Source: a virus
IMG/VR virus record: IMGVR_UViG_3300027973_000003
Span: 2,665 to 66,664 of that record
Direction: 5' to 3' (one strand)
DNA length: 64,000 bases
The stretch's first letter is position 1. Each line of letters begins with the position of its first letter. The notes beneath the pieces are model-generated. The model worked only from the letters and a program-made list of their open reading frames with translations, searched no databases and had not been told where the DNA came from. The position numbers and the translations under genes are program-made. Below, one piece after another: positions 46,101 to 54,466 of this stretch.

Positions 46101-49100
46101 CAGCATAATTTAAGTTAAATAAATCTTTATAGTCTTCAAAGGTATGACCGTCTGGAATCATACTGCCAACCAAACCTGTAGTAGTTGTTGAGTTCTTAGA
46201 TAGACGAAGTTTTTCCTCAGTCTTATCAACTTTCTTGGCCGCAGTGTTTGCTTTCTTAGCTGCGTTAGCTTCTTCAGTTGGGCTTACTTCTTGTTCTTTA
46301 ATACGTAGCAGCTTATCTGTAATGATGACTAAGTCTTGTAAAGCGGACTTGTGATCTTCGCCCATATTAAACATGGTGCGTAAACTTTGAACAAAACGAG
46401 TAAAGAGTTTGCTAATAACCCCAGGTTTTTCACCAAAGTACTCACCAGGTGCTAATGCTAAGAATTCTTGCATAGCAGGTGTAGTTAGACCGTAGGCTAC
46501 AAATTCCTTAATATCTGTAAAGGCATCATAAGGAATAGCTAACATTGCATTACTAAGCATGCCTTGTTCTTTAAGTTTGTCGTATAGCATCCCTGCTTCA
46601 GCCATTGTTTCTTCTAATTCTTTAACGGCAACACGAAGTTCGTTAGGAATAGGGCGACCCTCTAACTTAGCTTGTAAATAAGAGTTAATACGTTTAACGG
46701 TTGCACCGTGCAAAGCTTCGTGTAAGAACACAGTATTGTTAATACCGCCTTCACGCAATAAATAAATTGTATTACGGCCTGGCACATAAAGACCAACTGC
46801 ACCATTCATACTATTTTGCAAAGACTTGCTAGGTAAATCTAAGTGGCTGTCTACAACTACCAGCTTTACTCCATTAAGGTAAGGTGCAAGTCGTTTTGCT
46901 AATGCTTTTTCAAATGCATTGCCATTTTTAGTAAGCCAAGTTAATGCTGCTCTAGCCTGAGTAAACGTTTCAAACTTAGGATTATCTTCTCCGTTTGTGT
47001 ATTCAACTAATTGAGCACGGGATGGAGCATTTAATTTTTGTCGTGTTTCAGCACGGTTCTTAGCAAGCTCACGTTCTTGTGGCGTAGCTTTTGCTAGTAA
47101 GGCTTTAGCAACGGTACCCGCTTTATTATTACGATGTGCAGGGCTAGTAGATAGTACATGCGCATCTTCCAGTGCTTGGCGACGGCGCTCATTAAATTCG
47201 TTTTGAGCTACCTCAGCAGCATCAATACTTTCAAACTGTTCTGGATCAAAAGTTTCATCCATAACCTTCTGAGATTTTTCAGCTAGTCTAATAGCATCTC
47301 TAGTAGCTGCTTGTGAACCCTTACGAACTTCGGCTTTAGCGGCTTGTTGTTCTGGGGTAAGCACCGCCTTAGGTCTGCCAGCTTTCCCTTTAGTTACTTT
47401 AGGTATGGCCGATTGTGTAACGTCAGGAGTTACAGTAGTTTCTTCTGTTTGGTCAGGCGTGATAGTTTCTGAAGAAGGAGGGGTAGGTTGCCCCATAGCC
47501 TCCACCATTTGTTTTTGGCGCAGACTTTCAGTAGCTGCTTTAAATGCTTGTTCTTGGGTTAAGTTGTATTTAGTTTTTAAACTAGCTACTAGTGAACTAA
47601 ACTCATTTTCTGTTCCAGCTCCAACATTTCCAGGAGTCCCGCTAGTTCCGCCCAATCCGACAGGTTGAGCTCCAGGAGTTCCTTTGGTAGTTTGTTGTAA
47701 GGTAGTTTGTACGTTAGGTGCTGAAACGCTAGACTCACGTGCTCTGGTGATAAGTTCAGGTTCATATCCTGCCTCCTTTAAATCTTCTTCTGCCAATCTT
47801 CCCGCATCTTCACGGGAAAAGCCACTACTTTCATAACGAGTTACAGCATCAAGGTATTCTTTTGTTAATGTATCTTCTTCATTAGTAGTTTGTTCTTTAC
47901 CAGCAAATCTTTGCTTGACGCTATCTATAAGCGCACCAAGCTCTTCTTTATTGGAAGTATTAAAATCTTCTAGTTTTTGTTTTAGCGAACTAATAACCCC
48001 AGGTTTTTCTTCAGTGGTTTGTTCTGGCGCTGTTTGTTGTTTGGGCGGAACAAATCCTTGTTGCTCCATTAATTCACGTGCTGTAGGTACTTTATCGCCT
48101 TCAGGTACTTTTTCATTAAATTGTTTGGCTACTCTGTTAGCAGCGGCACCGCCACCTAACATCATACCGCCCTGTACTACAGTAGCTACCATAGTATCGG
48201 CAGCACCTTGTAAAAATTCTTTAATGCCAGCCTCGGGGTTCATGCCGTAGCCTTTATCTACTGCAAACTGACCAGCGTAGGTTAGTTGTTCACCTGGAAT
48301 CTCTTTAACTAAAGCTTTTGAAAAGTAACCAGCTAGTTCTTTAAGTGGTACACCTTTAGCAGCTGCTTTAATACCCTCTAAAGTATTGCCCAATCCAAAC
48401 TTTTCCCCAATAACTTCAAACGCACCGTATAGTGCGGATCTACCTGTGCTATCCCCAACATCTAAACCAGCACGGCGACTGTCGTCGTAGGTTTGTCCAA
48501 AAGACTGCATGAACATAGTAGTAAGGGGCAACACCTGGGATTGGATAGCAGTGCCCGATATTAGTGCAGGCAACTGAGTAATAATAGAAGTAGTAGCATC
48601 AGAAGTTATTTTTCCTAGATAGCTCTCAGGACCTACCTCTCGCAATGCTTTTTGTTCGCTAGATAGCTGACCTAAAACACCTTTTACTCCTTTGTCTTCT
48701 ACACCTAATACATCTTGGGCAAATTGTGCAGCGCCACCCCACCCTTGCATAAAATTAATAGAAGCCTTACGACCAATTTGTTTAAGGTTTTGCCCAAAAG
48801 CTTCAACTGCATTCATATCAGGAGTTACGCCGTAGGCTGCTTTAGTTCTATCAGCGGCAGTAGACATCTTGCTTATGTCGCCTGTGTATAGGCTTGTAGG
48901 CATTTCAGTTGGGCCAACTGGGGAATTAAACGGTGTAATACGTTCTTCTGGACCTAACTTAGTACCAGCCAATATGCTTGGCTTCTCATCTTTTTTAGGT
49001 TCTTCTTTAGGTGGCTCTACGGCAACAACTTTTTTTCCACCAAATTGGGCAGCTAAGTCATCCTCGGGGGCGGCTTGAACAACTTTCTTACCCCCAAACT

Positions 49101-49176
49101 GTGCGGCTAGATCATCGGATGAATCCGTTTTTACACGCTTCCCACCAAATTGGGATGCCAATTCATCAAGTTCCAT
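43159..49176 (-). CDS. giant internal virion / DNA ejection (polyvalent) protein
   Basis: 2005 aa helical protein, last late gene; HEALH metallopeptidase-like motif; hydrophobic C-terminal segments. Confidence 0.75.
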   Translation of the reverse strand: MELDELASQFGGKRVKTDSSDDLAAQFGGKKVVQAAPEDDLAAQFGGKKVVAVEPPKEEPKKDEKPSILAGTKLGPEERITPFNSPVGPTEMPTSLYTGDISKMSTAADRTKAAYGVTPDMNAVEAFGQNLKQIGRKASINFMQGWGGAAQFAQDVLGVEDKGVKGVLGQLSSEQKALREVGPESYLGKITSDATTSIITQLPALISGTAIQSQVLPLTTMFMQSFGQTYDDSRRAGLDVGDSTGRSALYGAFEVIGEKFGLGNTLEGIKAAAKGVPLKELAGYFSKALVKEIPGEQLTYAGQFAVDKGYGMNPEAGIKEFLQGAADTMVATVVQGGMMLGGGAAANRVAKQFNEKVPEGDKVPTARELMEQQGFVPPKQQTAPEQTTEEKPGVISSLKQKLEDFNTSNKEELGALIDSVKQRFAGKEQTTNEEDTLTKEYLDAVTRYESSGFSREDAGRLAEEDLKEAGYEPELITRARESSVSAPNVQTTLQQTTKGTPGAQPVGLGGTSGTPGNVGAGTENEFSSLVASLKTKYNLTQEQAFKAATESLRQKQMVEAMGQPTPPSSETITPDQTEETTVTPDVTQSAIPKVTKGKAGRPKAVLTPEQQAAKAEVRKGSQAATRDAIRLAEKSQKVMDETFDPEQFESIDAAEVAQNEFNERRRQALEDAHVLSTSPAHRNNKAGTVAKALLAKATPQERELAKNRAETRQKLNAPSRAQLVEYTNGEDNPKFETFTQARAALTWLTKNGNAFEKALAKRLAPYLNGVKLVVVDSHLDLPSKSLQNSMNGAVGLYVPGRNTIYLLREGGINNTVFLHEALHGATVKRINSYLQAKLEGRPIPNELRVAVKELEETMAEAGMLYDKLKEQGMLSNAMLAIPYDAFTDIKEFVAYGLTTPAMQEFLALAPGEYFGEKPGVISKLFTRFVQSLRTMFNMGEDHKSALQDLVIITDKLLRIKEQEVSPTEEANAAKKANTAAKKVDKTEEKLRLSKNSTTTTGLVGSMIPDGHTFEDYKDLFNLNYAAMGNEAISAMLFNMQTVDILRWKGDQIPGLEESDKLQQEMSAMRTRMLAASAKKADKLGAFVRKNGMQTLADAMHTARLEKVSPTKAPDAATYIAQDPIVKHYDALIANPNSTKEQKAAYTGQRTRRINSINKVYAKWDALGKQKGGHEMYEMVRQFYIDNYTATRTLLNDQIDALKIDDAAKAKLLKSVRLMQEQTKGGKDEDYDGLELPSLPEEYFPFLRYGKYWLRVAKGPTGREFYLFESGRERNKFLLERSKELGLKIDDPNFSAGDDITSLRKDFQDSSVMLQEMFAAIDETVVNPKFDSSKYATAAEANAAFKEELKDQLYQTYLMTMPERSFRKQFLHSENVTGFTSDIFRNFKNSATSYANQLSKLKYANDITASIQRARDSLEGMPAMERAKMELFVNELSQRAQEEINPPDPGKIATRVNQFAFLMLLTSAASAATQMASVPVMVMPSLNAEYGYGASAKAFAKYSQIWKSMGITQEQANGDVEFTAPSMGSSKMVKSSPILQRAFQAAIDREVTTLTNTSVLTNRNRTPDSSFKNLPGTALRVGLNGITAMFNGSERMSRELTYMMAFELEYAKTKDFQKSVDKAVDTTHELLGRYDNFNRPRILRNAFGKTVGQFKMYAVFMTSFFLRNGYQIIRLSTPIEQRVEAMHRLAGVLVMGGMFHGLVGMPGYSLICSVIDAFFSGDDEEKKARRAKNPLTAEDSNLRFRYDFLPKYFGNNMVTGLDGRQHRLSDMLEKGPVSALTDINIGSRTSFDGMWFREAKPGRNFTETVINNIIANMGPGVSTGINITGVVDDFNNGRIIRGLEKLVPAFFKGSLTAYRIGTEGAETKGGADMLKREEINTLNLIATTLGFQSSRLARIQEHNFAMQKQLVEAQNKRAEILKRLDEVVFDAEKGPGELKTVFNQIREYNKRYPMEKFLIEADTIDSSLKNYAKKRGLTYRGQYMDEKLLPYLLPSAKRAAPVPEGQ

Positions 49177-49185
49177 AGCCTAGCC

Positions 49186-51477
49186 TTATTTTTTCTTTTT
49201 CTTTGCATCCAAATATTTATCCGCAGATGCCTGGTCAGGGAACTCGTAGCCGTCAACAACTACTGGATTATTTCCGCCCGAACCACCAGCTGGGGATTCA
49301 TCACTAACTAACTTAGCTGCTTCATTGTACCGCTTAGTAACAGCATTTTTCTCTTTTTGCTTATCAGCTTCAAGCTGCTTACGTTCAGCATCTGTTTCAG
49401 CCATTAATAAGCGAGTTGCATATGCAGCATCAATGTTCTTGTGCTCTGCACCAATTTTAGCTTCCATATTGACACCAAGTTTAGCGCCAGTACCACCAGT
49501 AAGTGCGATAGCTTGGGCACGTGCTTTTTGCATGGTTGCTGGGTCTTTTGGATCCGCACCTTTTTGTACTAACGCATTAAATTCAGCAGTGGTAGTTTTA
49601 TCTAAATCAGTAGCACGATTAGCACTCATACCAGCAGCTTTAAGGTGTGCATCAGCATTAATACGCGCAACTTCAAGGGCTTTCTTATTGTTTTCAGCAT
49701 TTGTACGTAGTGCATTAGCTTCTTTATTAAGACCCAAAGCCTCAAGACGGTCAGCATTTTGAAGTTCCGCTTGGCTCTTCATTACATCTGCTTCTGCTTT
49801 CTTAATAGATTGCAAGCCAGTTCTAAACGATGGAGTAGTTTCTCTAGCAGCTTTAAGGGCAGCGTAACCTAACGGGCCAGTCTGTGTGCCTAAGTTAGAG
49901 AAGTAGTCCATCATCATTAGACCCTTCTGACTTTCTTTATCTGCACCCAAACCAGATATCTGCTTATCAATAAATTCTTTATATTTAGCATTAGGGCCGC
50001 TAGTAATGCCAGCACGTTCTAGCGCAGCTTTTTGTTGTTTCTCAGCTAGATTTAAATACTGTAAATCTTCGTCTTCTACTTGGCTACCATCAGGACCAGC
50101 AAAAGCAATGATGCCGCCACCAGCCATACTATCCATAGACGGTGCAGGTAAAGCCGCAATACCTTCACTCATTGCCTGTGCTTGTGGCGGGGTTACTTGC
50201 TGTCCTGCCTTAGCAGCCATCTGGTGTTCCATCATTACTTCTGCAGCTAGCTTGCGTACTTCCTCGCTTGGAGAAGACTGCATAACTTTTTGTAACTGAG
50301 CCATACCGTTAGGCATATTAGCAACTTGTTCAAGTTTGGCGCGCATGCTATCAACTACACTGCCCTCAGGACCAGCATAGCCAGGAACTGCACCGCCTTC
50401 TCTCATGCCAACAATGCCGCCTTCTTTTTGACCAAACGCTTTATATGCGCCAGCCAGAGTACCAACCGCACCAAGTCCTTGAGTTAAGTAGCTAGGAGTA
50501 GCTTGGTATTGTTGACTAGACATGTTCTGCATAGGCAGACCACGAAGCATAGAGTTCATCATACCCAACTGCATAAATGGATACTGCTGAGCCGTAGCGT
50601 AATCTTGAATAGATTGATTAATCTTATTCTGTTCAAGGCTTTGTTGTTGTGCACCCAAAGTACCTTGGGTATTAATAATGCCTTGTTGAGCTGCAAGCTG
50701 CTGACCACCTAACTGACCTAAACCTTGACCAGCGTTAATAGCTTGACCAAAACCTTGCAATGCACCTTGTTGACCTTGTAGACCTAAGTTAGCACCAAAC
50801 TGCTGGGCTTGTTGAGCTTGTTGGAAAGCCTTGTCATAGCCTTGAGCAATAGCTTGTTGAGCTGCCATCTGTTGATTTTGTTGGTTTAAACCTTGCATCA
50901 AAGCATTACGTGAACCACCAAAAGCGCCAGCAGAAGTAGCAGCGCCTTGTTCTTGTGCACCTTTAATACCAAACTGTTGGTTTAATTGCTGTAGTTGTGG
51001 GGCTAAAGACTGAGCAAGGTACGGGTTCATATACGCACCAACACTGCCTGGGCCGTACATACTAGTAGCTTGGTTTTGATACTGGTTGCCAGCGTTAGCC
51101 ATATTAGCCGCTGTACCTAATGCGCCCACTCCACCTACTGCAGTTAAATCAGATCCTGCACCAATCTGTTCTGGAGTTTGTAAGTTATATGCACCTTGCT
51201 GCGCAGACTGTTGAAGGGGGGAGAAAGGGGCAAAGTAGTTATTTGGGTCTGTACTATATGGCTGATAAGGTCTAAACCCAGACATGTCATCGGTGTAAAT
51301 TTGTTTCTGGGCAGAGGACAACATGTTCTCTACATAGGGACGTGCATATTCTGGAACGTTTGAAGACGTAGTAGTACTAGTAACTTGTTGTGGTCCGCCA
51401 CCTCCACCACCGCCTTTACCCCCACCACCTTGGAAGGTATGACCTAGTACTTTGTTTTTCCAGTTTAATATGCTCAT
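49186..51477 (-). CDS. DNA transfer / ejection protein
   Basis: GGGGKGG N-terminus, YMNPY, AGAFGGSR, Q-rich helices typical of podovirus pilot proteins. Confidence 0.75.
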   Translation of the reverse strand: MSILNWKNKVLGHTFQGGGGKGGGGGGGPQQVTSTTTSSNVPEYARPYVENMLSSAQKQIYTDDMSGFRPYQPYSTDPNNYFAPFSPLQQSAQQGAYNLQTPEQIGAGSDLTAVGGVGALGTAANMANAGNQYQNQATSMYGPGSVGAYMNPYLAQSLAPQLQQLNQQFGIKGAQEQGAATSAGAFGGSRNALMQGLNQQNQQMAAQQAIAQGYDKAFQQAQQAQQFGANLGLQGQQGALQGFGQAINAGQGLGQLGGQQLAAQQGIINTQGTLGAQQQSLEQNKINQSIQDYATAQQYPFMQLGMMNSMLRGLPMQNMSSQQYQATPSYLTQGLGAVGTLAGAYKAFGQKEGGIVGMREGGAVPGYAGPEGSVVDSMRAKLEQVANMPNGMAQLQKVMQSSPSEEVRKLAAEVMMEHQMAAKAGQQVTPPQAQAMSEGIAALPAPSMDSMAGGGIIAFAGPDGSQVEDEDLQYLNLAEKQQKAALERAGITSGPNAKYKEFIDKQISGLGADKESQKGLMMMDYFSNLGTQTGPLGYAALKAARETTPSFRTGLQSIKKAEADVMKSQAELQNADRLEALGLNKEANALRTNAENNKKALEVARINADAHLKAAGMSANRATDLDKTTTAEFNALVQKGADPKDPATMQKARAQAIALTGGTGAKLGVNMEAKIGAEHKNIDAAYATRLLMAETDAERKQLEADKQKEKNAVTKRYNEAAKLVSDESPAGGSGGNNPVVVDGYEFPDQASADKYLDAKKKKK

Positions 51478-51905
51478 TTATTTCGCTCCCTGATCCATCT
51501 GCAATCAGCTTTATTCATTTCAAAAACAACTAAATCACCGCCATCGCAATGCACACCAGGGAATCGAATTGCTTCTGTAAACCCTAGTTTCTTGTCATAT
51601 TCCATGGCCCTTGTATTTAGGCTATTAACAATTCCAAATGCTTTTTCTAAACCTAAATGGTTAAACGGATAATCGAACGCACCAAATAATAGCCCTTTAG
51701 GGGTATACCCACCCTTTAAGTTGACCATATGCATCTGGCACGTTTTACCAATAAACGCCGTATAACCTATTACCCACTCAATATTACTTGCTTCATCAGT
51801 CCAAAACAAGGCTTGTAAATCCCAGCATGGCTGCACTCCTACTTCTTTTAATAATATATCTGCTGCTATTTGCTTTGCTTCTAGTGATTGCGCACTTTGT
51901 AGCAT
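51474..51905 (-). CDS. GNAT-fold acetyltransferase-like virion assembly protein
   Basis: AFDYPFNHLG...N.RA..Y.KKLGF..E motif. Confidence 0.7.
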   Translation of the reverse strand: MLQSAQSLEAKQIAADILLKEVGVQPCWDLQALFWTDEASNIEWVIGYTAFIGKTCQMHMVNLKGGYTPKGLLFGAFDYPFNHLGLEKAFGIVNSLNTRAMEYDKKLGFTEAIRFPGVHCDGGDLVVFEMNKADCRWIRERNK

Positions 51906-51908
51906 TAT

Positions 51909-52388
51909 TTAATCTCCCCCTCCACCATAACCACCCGTGGCTTGTGGTTCAGCTACAGGTTCAGGTGTAGGTGCTGGTGGCATTACAGGGGGCGCTACTC
52001 TAGTTAAATTCTGTTGAACTTGTGCCATGTCAGGCCTATACATTTGCCCATAACCTTGTTGTGGCATACCCTGTTGCATCATTCTTTGTGGGTTAAATTG
52101 CTGTTGGTTAAATTGTTGCGGGTTATATCCAGACAATATCCTACTTAACATAGATTGTAATGGGGAAACATATTGTTGTTGCCCAAGACCTCTTTGCATT
52201 TGCATTTGTGGCTGCATCTGCTGCATTCTTTGTTGTTGCACAAATGGAGATATTTGAGCAGGGGCTTGTTGTTGCCTATATACATTAGGAGGTGGGGGAG
52301 CTTGATACGCAGCCCCGTTACCTTGCTCAGGAGCTTGCTGCTGTTTATTTAATATAGCTTGAATTGGAGAACTTATACTTCCACCCAT
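51909..52388 (-). CDS. Q/P/M-rich low-complexity protein
   Basis: AGGAG RBS; QQQRMQQMQPQMQMQ and FNQQQFNPQ repeats. Confidence 0.6.
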   Translation of the reverse strand: MGGSISSPIQAILNKQQQAPEQGNGAAYQAPPPPNVYRQQQAPAQISPFVQQQRMQQMQPQMQMQRGLGQQQYVSPLQSMLSRILSGYNPQQFNQQQFNPQRMMQQGMPQQGYGQMYRPDMAQVQQNLTRVAPPVMPPAPTPEPVAEPQATGGYGGGGD

Positions 52389-52397
52389 TATCTTCTC

Positions 52398-54116
52398 CTA
52401 TGCTGGCATGTATTTATTAACATTAACGGCAGGGGCTTGTTTCTTTTTGCCTGTACGAGCTTTACGAATCTTGTCCATCATCCCGTATAACCGTTTAGCA
52501 CCAGCGTCAGTAGAGCCATTCCCAAGATGAGAGACGACATCCGCAGGCACAACAAACTCACCGTCAGCCAATCTGGCAGGTTGTTTTTTACCAATAACGG
52601 CAGGGATGCTGTCAGACATACCATCGCCAGGACCTTTAAGCATACGTCCACCATCTGAATATCCTCCAATACCATGCATCATACCGCCACCAGCTGCGGA
52701 TTCAACATCAGGAATATCGCCTAAACCTTTAATGCTAGTCTTAGGTAGTTTAGCTTTGCCTAAATTTGCAGCAGCAAGAATCTTATTAAGACGAATCATT
52801 GAAGCTTGGTCAGCTGGTTTTTTAGCAGTGTCTGGGTCGCTATCGCTGTACACACCTTTTACTGGTAAATGAGATAAAGGTTGAACCTTATCATAAGTAG
52901 AATAGGAGCTAGGTACATAACCGCCAGGAGCATAACCAGCAATGCCACCAGAAGCCATGCTAACTTGACCTGTTAAAGGATTAGTGTTTTGCTCGTAGCT
53001 AGCCATACTTTGCTGGGCAGATGTAGGCATTTGGCTTGGGGTTGCATAATGCGCATTATCTTGCTGGCTCATTGGGTACATATCTTTACCCATAAAATCT
53101 ACATTAGCAGCTTGATTACCATCCATTAACCCAGGGGTAGGGGGATTGGCGTCCATTATCCCGCCACTAGCTGCATATGTAGGATATTGTGCTTCGTAGT
53201 ATGGGTTAGGGCGAGATGGATCACGCCCTCTAAAGTTAGGAGAAAGGCGTTGTAAATAGTCACCGTCGTCCGAAGTATCTTGCATTGGGGCACCCGCAAT
53301 ACCTTTTTGACCAAAGCTGTCTAAAATTGCTGGGGCAGCAGCCATAGCTAAATTCATCTTGTTATTACCAGCAAAATCTAAAGCACTAGAACCAGAACTA
53401 AAGGCATCTTTAAAACCTTGTCCCATAGCTTGCGTTGGAGATGTTGGAACAGGAGCGTTTGCATAGTTAACCGCACCTGCACTCTTAGCTGCATCTATTG
53501 GATTTGGCATACTACTAGCCGCACTTTGGAGGTTTTGCAATTGCTCAGGGGCTACGTTAGGGAAATTTTGCGCATTAAGGCTATTTTGAATAGCGTTAGT
53601 AGTTGCATCTCTACTTGAACCCGCTAGCATTTCAGAAGGACTAAATCCGCTAGTTGCTGGGTTATACCCTTGTGGAAGAGCCTCAAGCCCTGCTTTAGCA
53701 ACAGCCTCAGTACCTACATTAACGCCTTGGGTTACACCCTTTTCAGCTAAAGTAGACGCACCCATTTCAGCTAGACCACCAGCTAAGTTAGCACCACCAT
53801 AGGCGCTTAAACCAGCCATTAAGCCTTTTTCTAAACTGCCAGTAGCTACACCATAGCCAGCACCCATAATGCCAGCAGCTGCTAAAGGACCAACTCCAGG
53901 GATCATCATTAGAGCTGCGCCACCCAACATTGGGATTAAGCTCTCTAAAAAACCAGCTTCGGGTAAACCCGTATGTGGGTTAATAGTTAAAGAACCTCCA
54001 CTTGCCATAGCTAAGTCTTGCAGACCCTTAACCTCGCGGGGGGTCATGTGTACAAGCATTGTGTCGTTGTTACGACCATGGGATTCTAAGTGTTTAGCGG
54101 CAGTGTGTAGGCTCAT
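52398..54116 (-). CDS. internal virion protein
   Basis: GRNNDTMLVHM...INPHTGLPEA N-terminus; GPGDGMSDSIPA...LADGEFVVPA C-terminus. Confidence 0.7.
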   Translation of the reverse strand: MSLHTAAKHLESHGRNNDTMLVHMTPREVKGLQDLAMASGGSLTINPHTGLPEAGFLESLIPMLGGAALMMIPGVGPLAAAGIMGAGYGVATGSLEKGLMAGLSAYGGANLAGGLAEMGASTLAEKGVTQGVNVGTEAVAKAGLEALPQGYNPATSGFSPSEMLAGSSRDATTNAIQNSLNAQNFPNVAPEQLQNLQSAASSMPNPIDAAKSAGAVNYANAPVPTSPTQAMGQGFKDAFSSGSSALDFAGNNKMNLAMAAAPAILDSFGQKGIAGAPMQDTSDDGDYLQRLSPNFRGRDPSRPNPYYEAQYPTYAASGGIMDANPPTPGLMDGNQAANVDFMGKDMYPMSQQDNAHYATPSQMPTSAQQSMASYEQNTNPLTGQVSMASGGIAGYAPGGYVPSSYSTYDKVQPLSHLPVKGVYSDSDPDTAKKPADQASMIRLNKILAAANLGKAKLPKTSIKGLGDIPDVESAAGGGMMHGIGGYSDGGRMLKGPGDGMSDSIPAVIGKKQPARLADGEFVVPADVVSHLGNGSTDAGAKRLYGMMDKIRKARTGKKKQAPAVNVNKYMPA

Positions 54117-54154
54117 GTGCGCCCCTCAGGGTTGATTATGTTGAAGTTTATCAT

Positions 54155-54466
54155 TTAAACAGTTGTCCCACTAGCGTTTTTCCAGACTGTGCCGTTCCAC
54201 CAAATAGGGATGCCTAGGGTAGTATCAAAAAATGGTTGCCCAACACCTAACGGTGCTTGCACTGTACTAATAGGCCTGCTAGAAGTAGGTCCAGAATTAG
54301 GAATAACTACAGATTGTGTAAAGTTATCTATCTGATTAAAGTACAAACGCAAGGCATTAAGCACCTGATCTTGGTAGTACTGTGTGTATTCAACGGGCGC
54401 AATAGGTAAGTTAGGCGCTTTAGATGAAAGCAATACACTAGATTTAGCTGGGGTAGTATTAGCCAT
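54155..54466 (-). CDS. hypothetical virion protein
   Basis: PNLPIAPVEY...LRLYFNQID; FFDTTLGIPIWWNG. Confidence 0.65.
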   Translation of the reverse strand: MANTTPAKSSVLLSSKAPNLPIAPVEYTQYYQDQVLNALRLYFNQIDNFTQSVVIPNSGPTSSRPISTVQAPLGVGQPFFDTTLGIPIWWNGTVWKNASGTTV

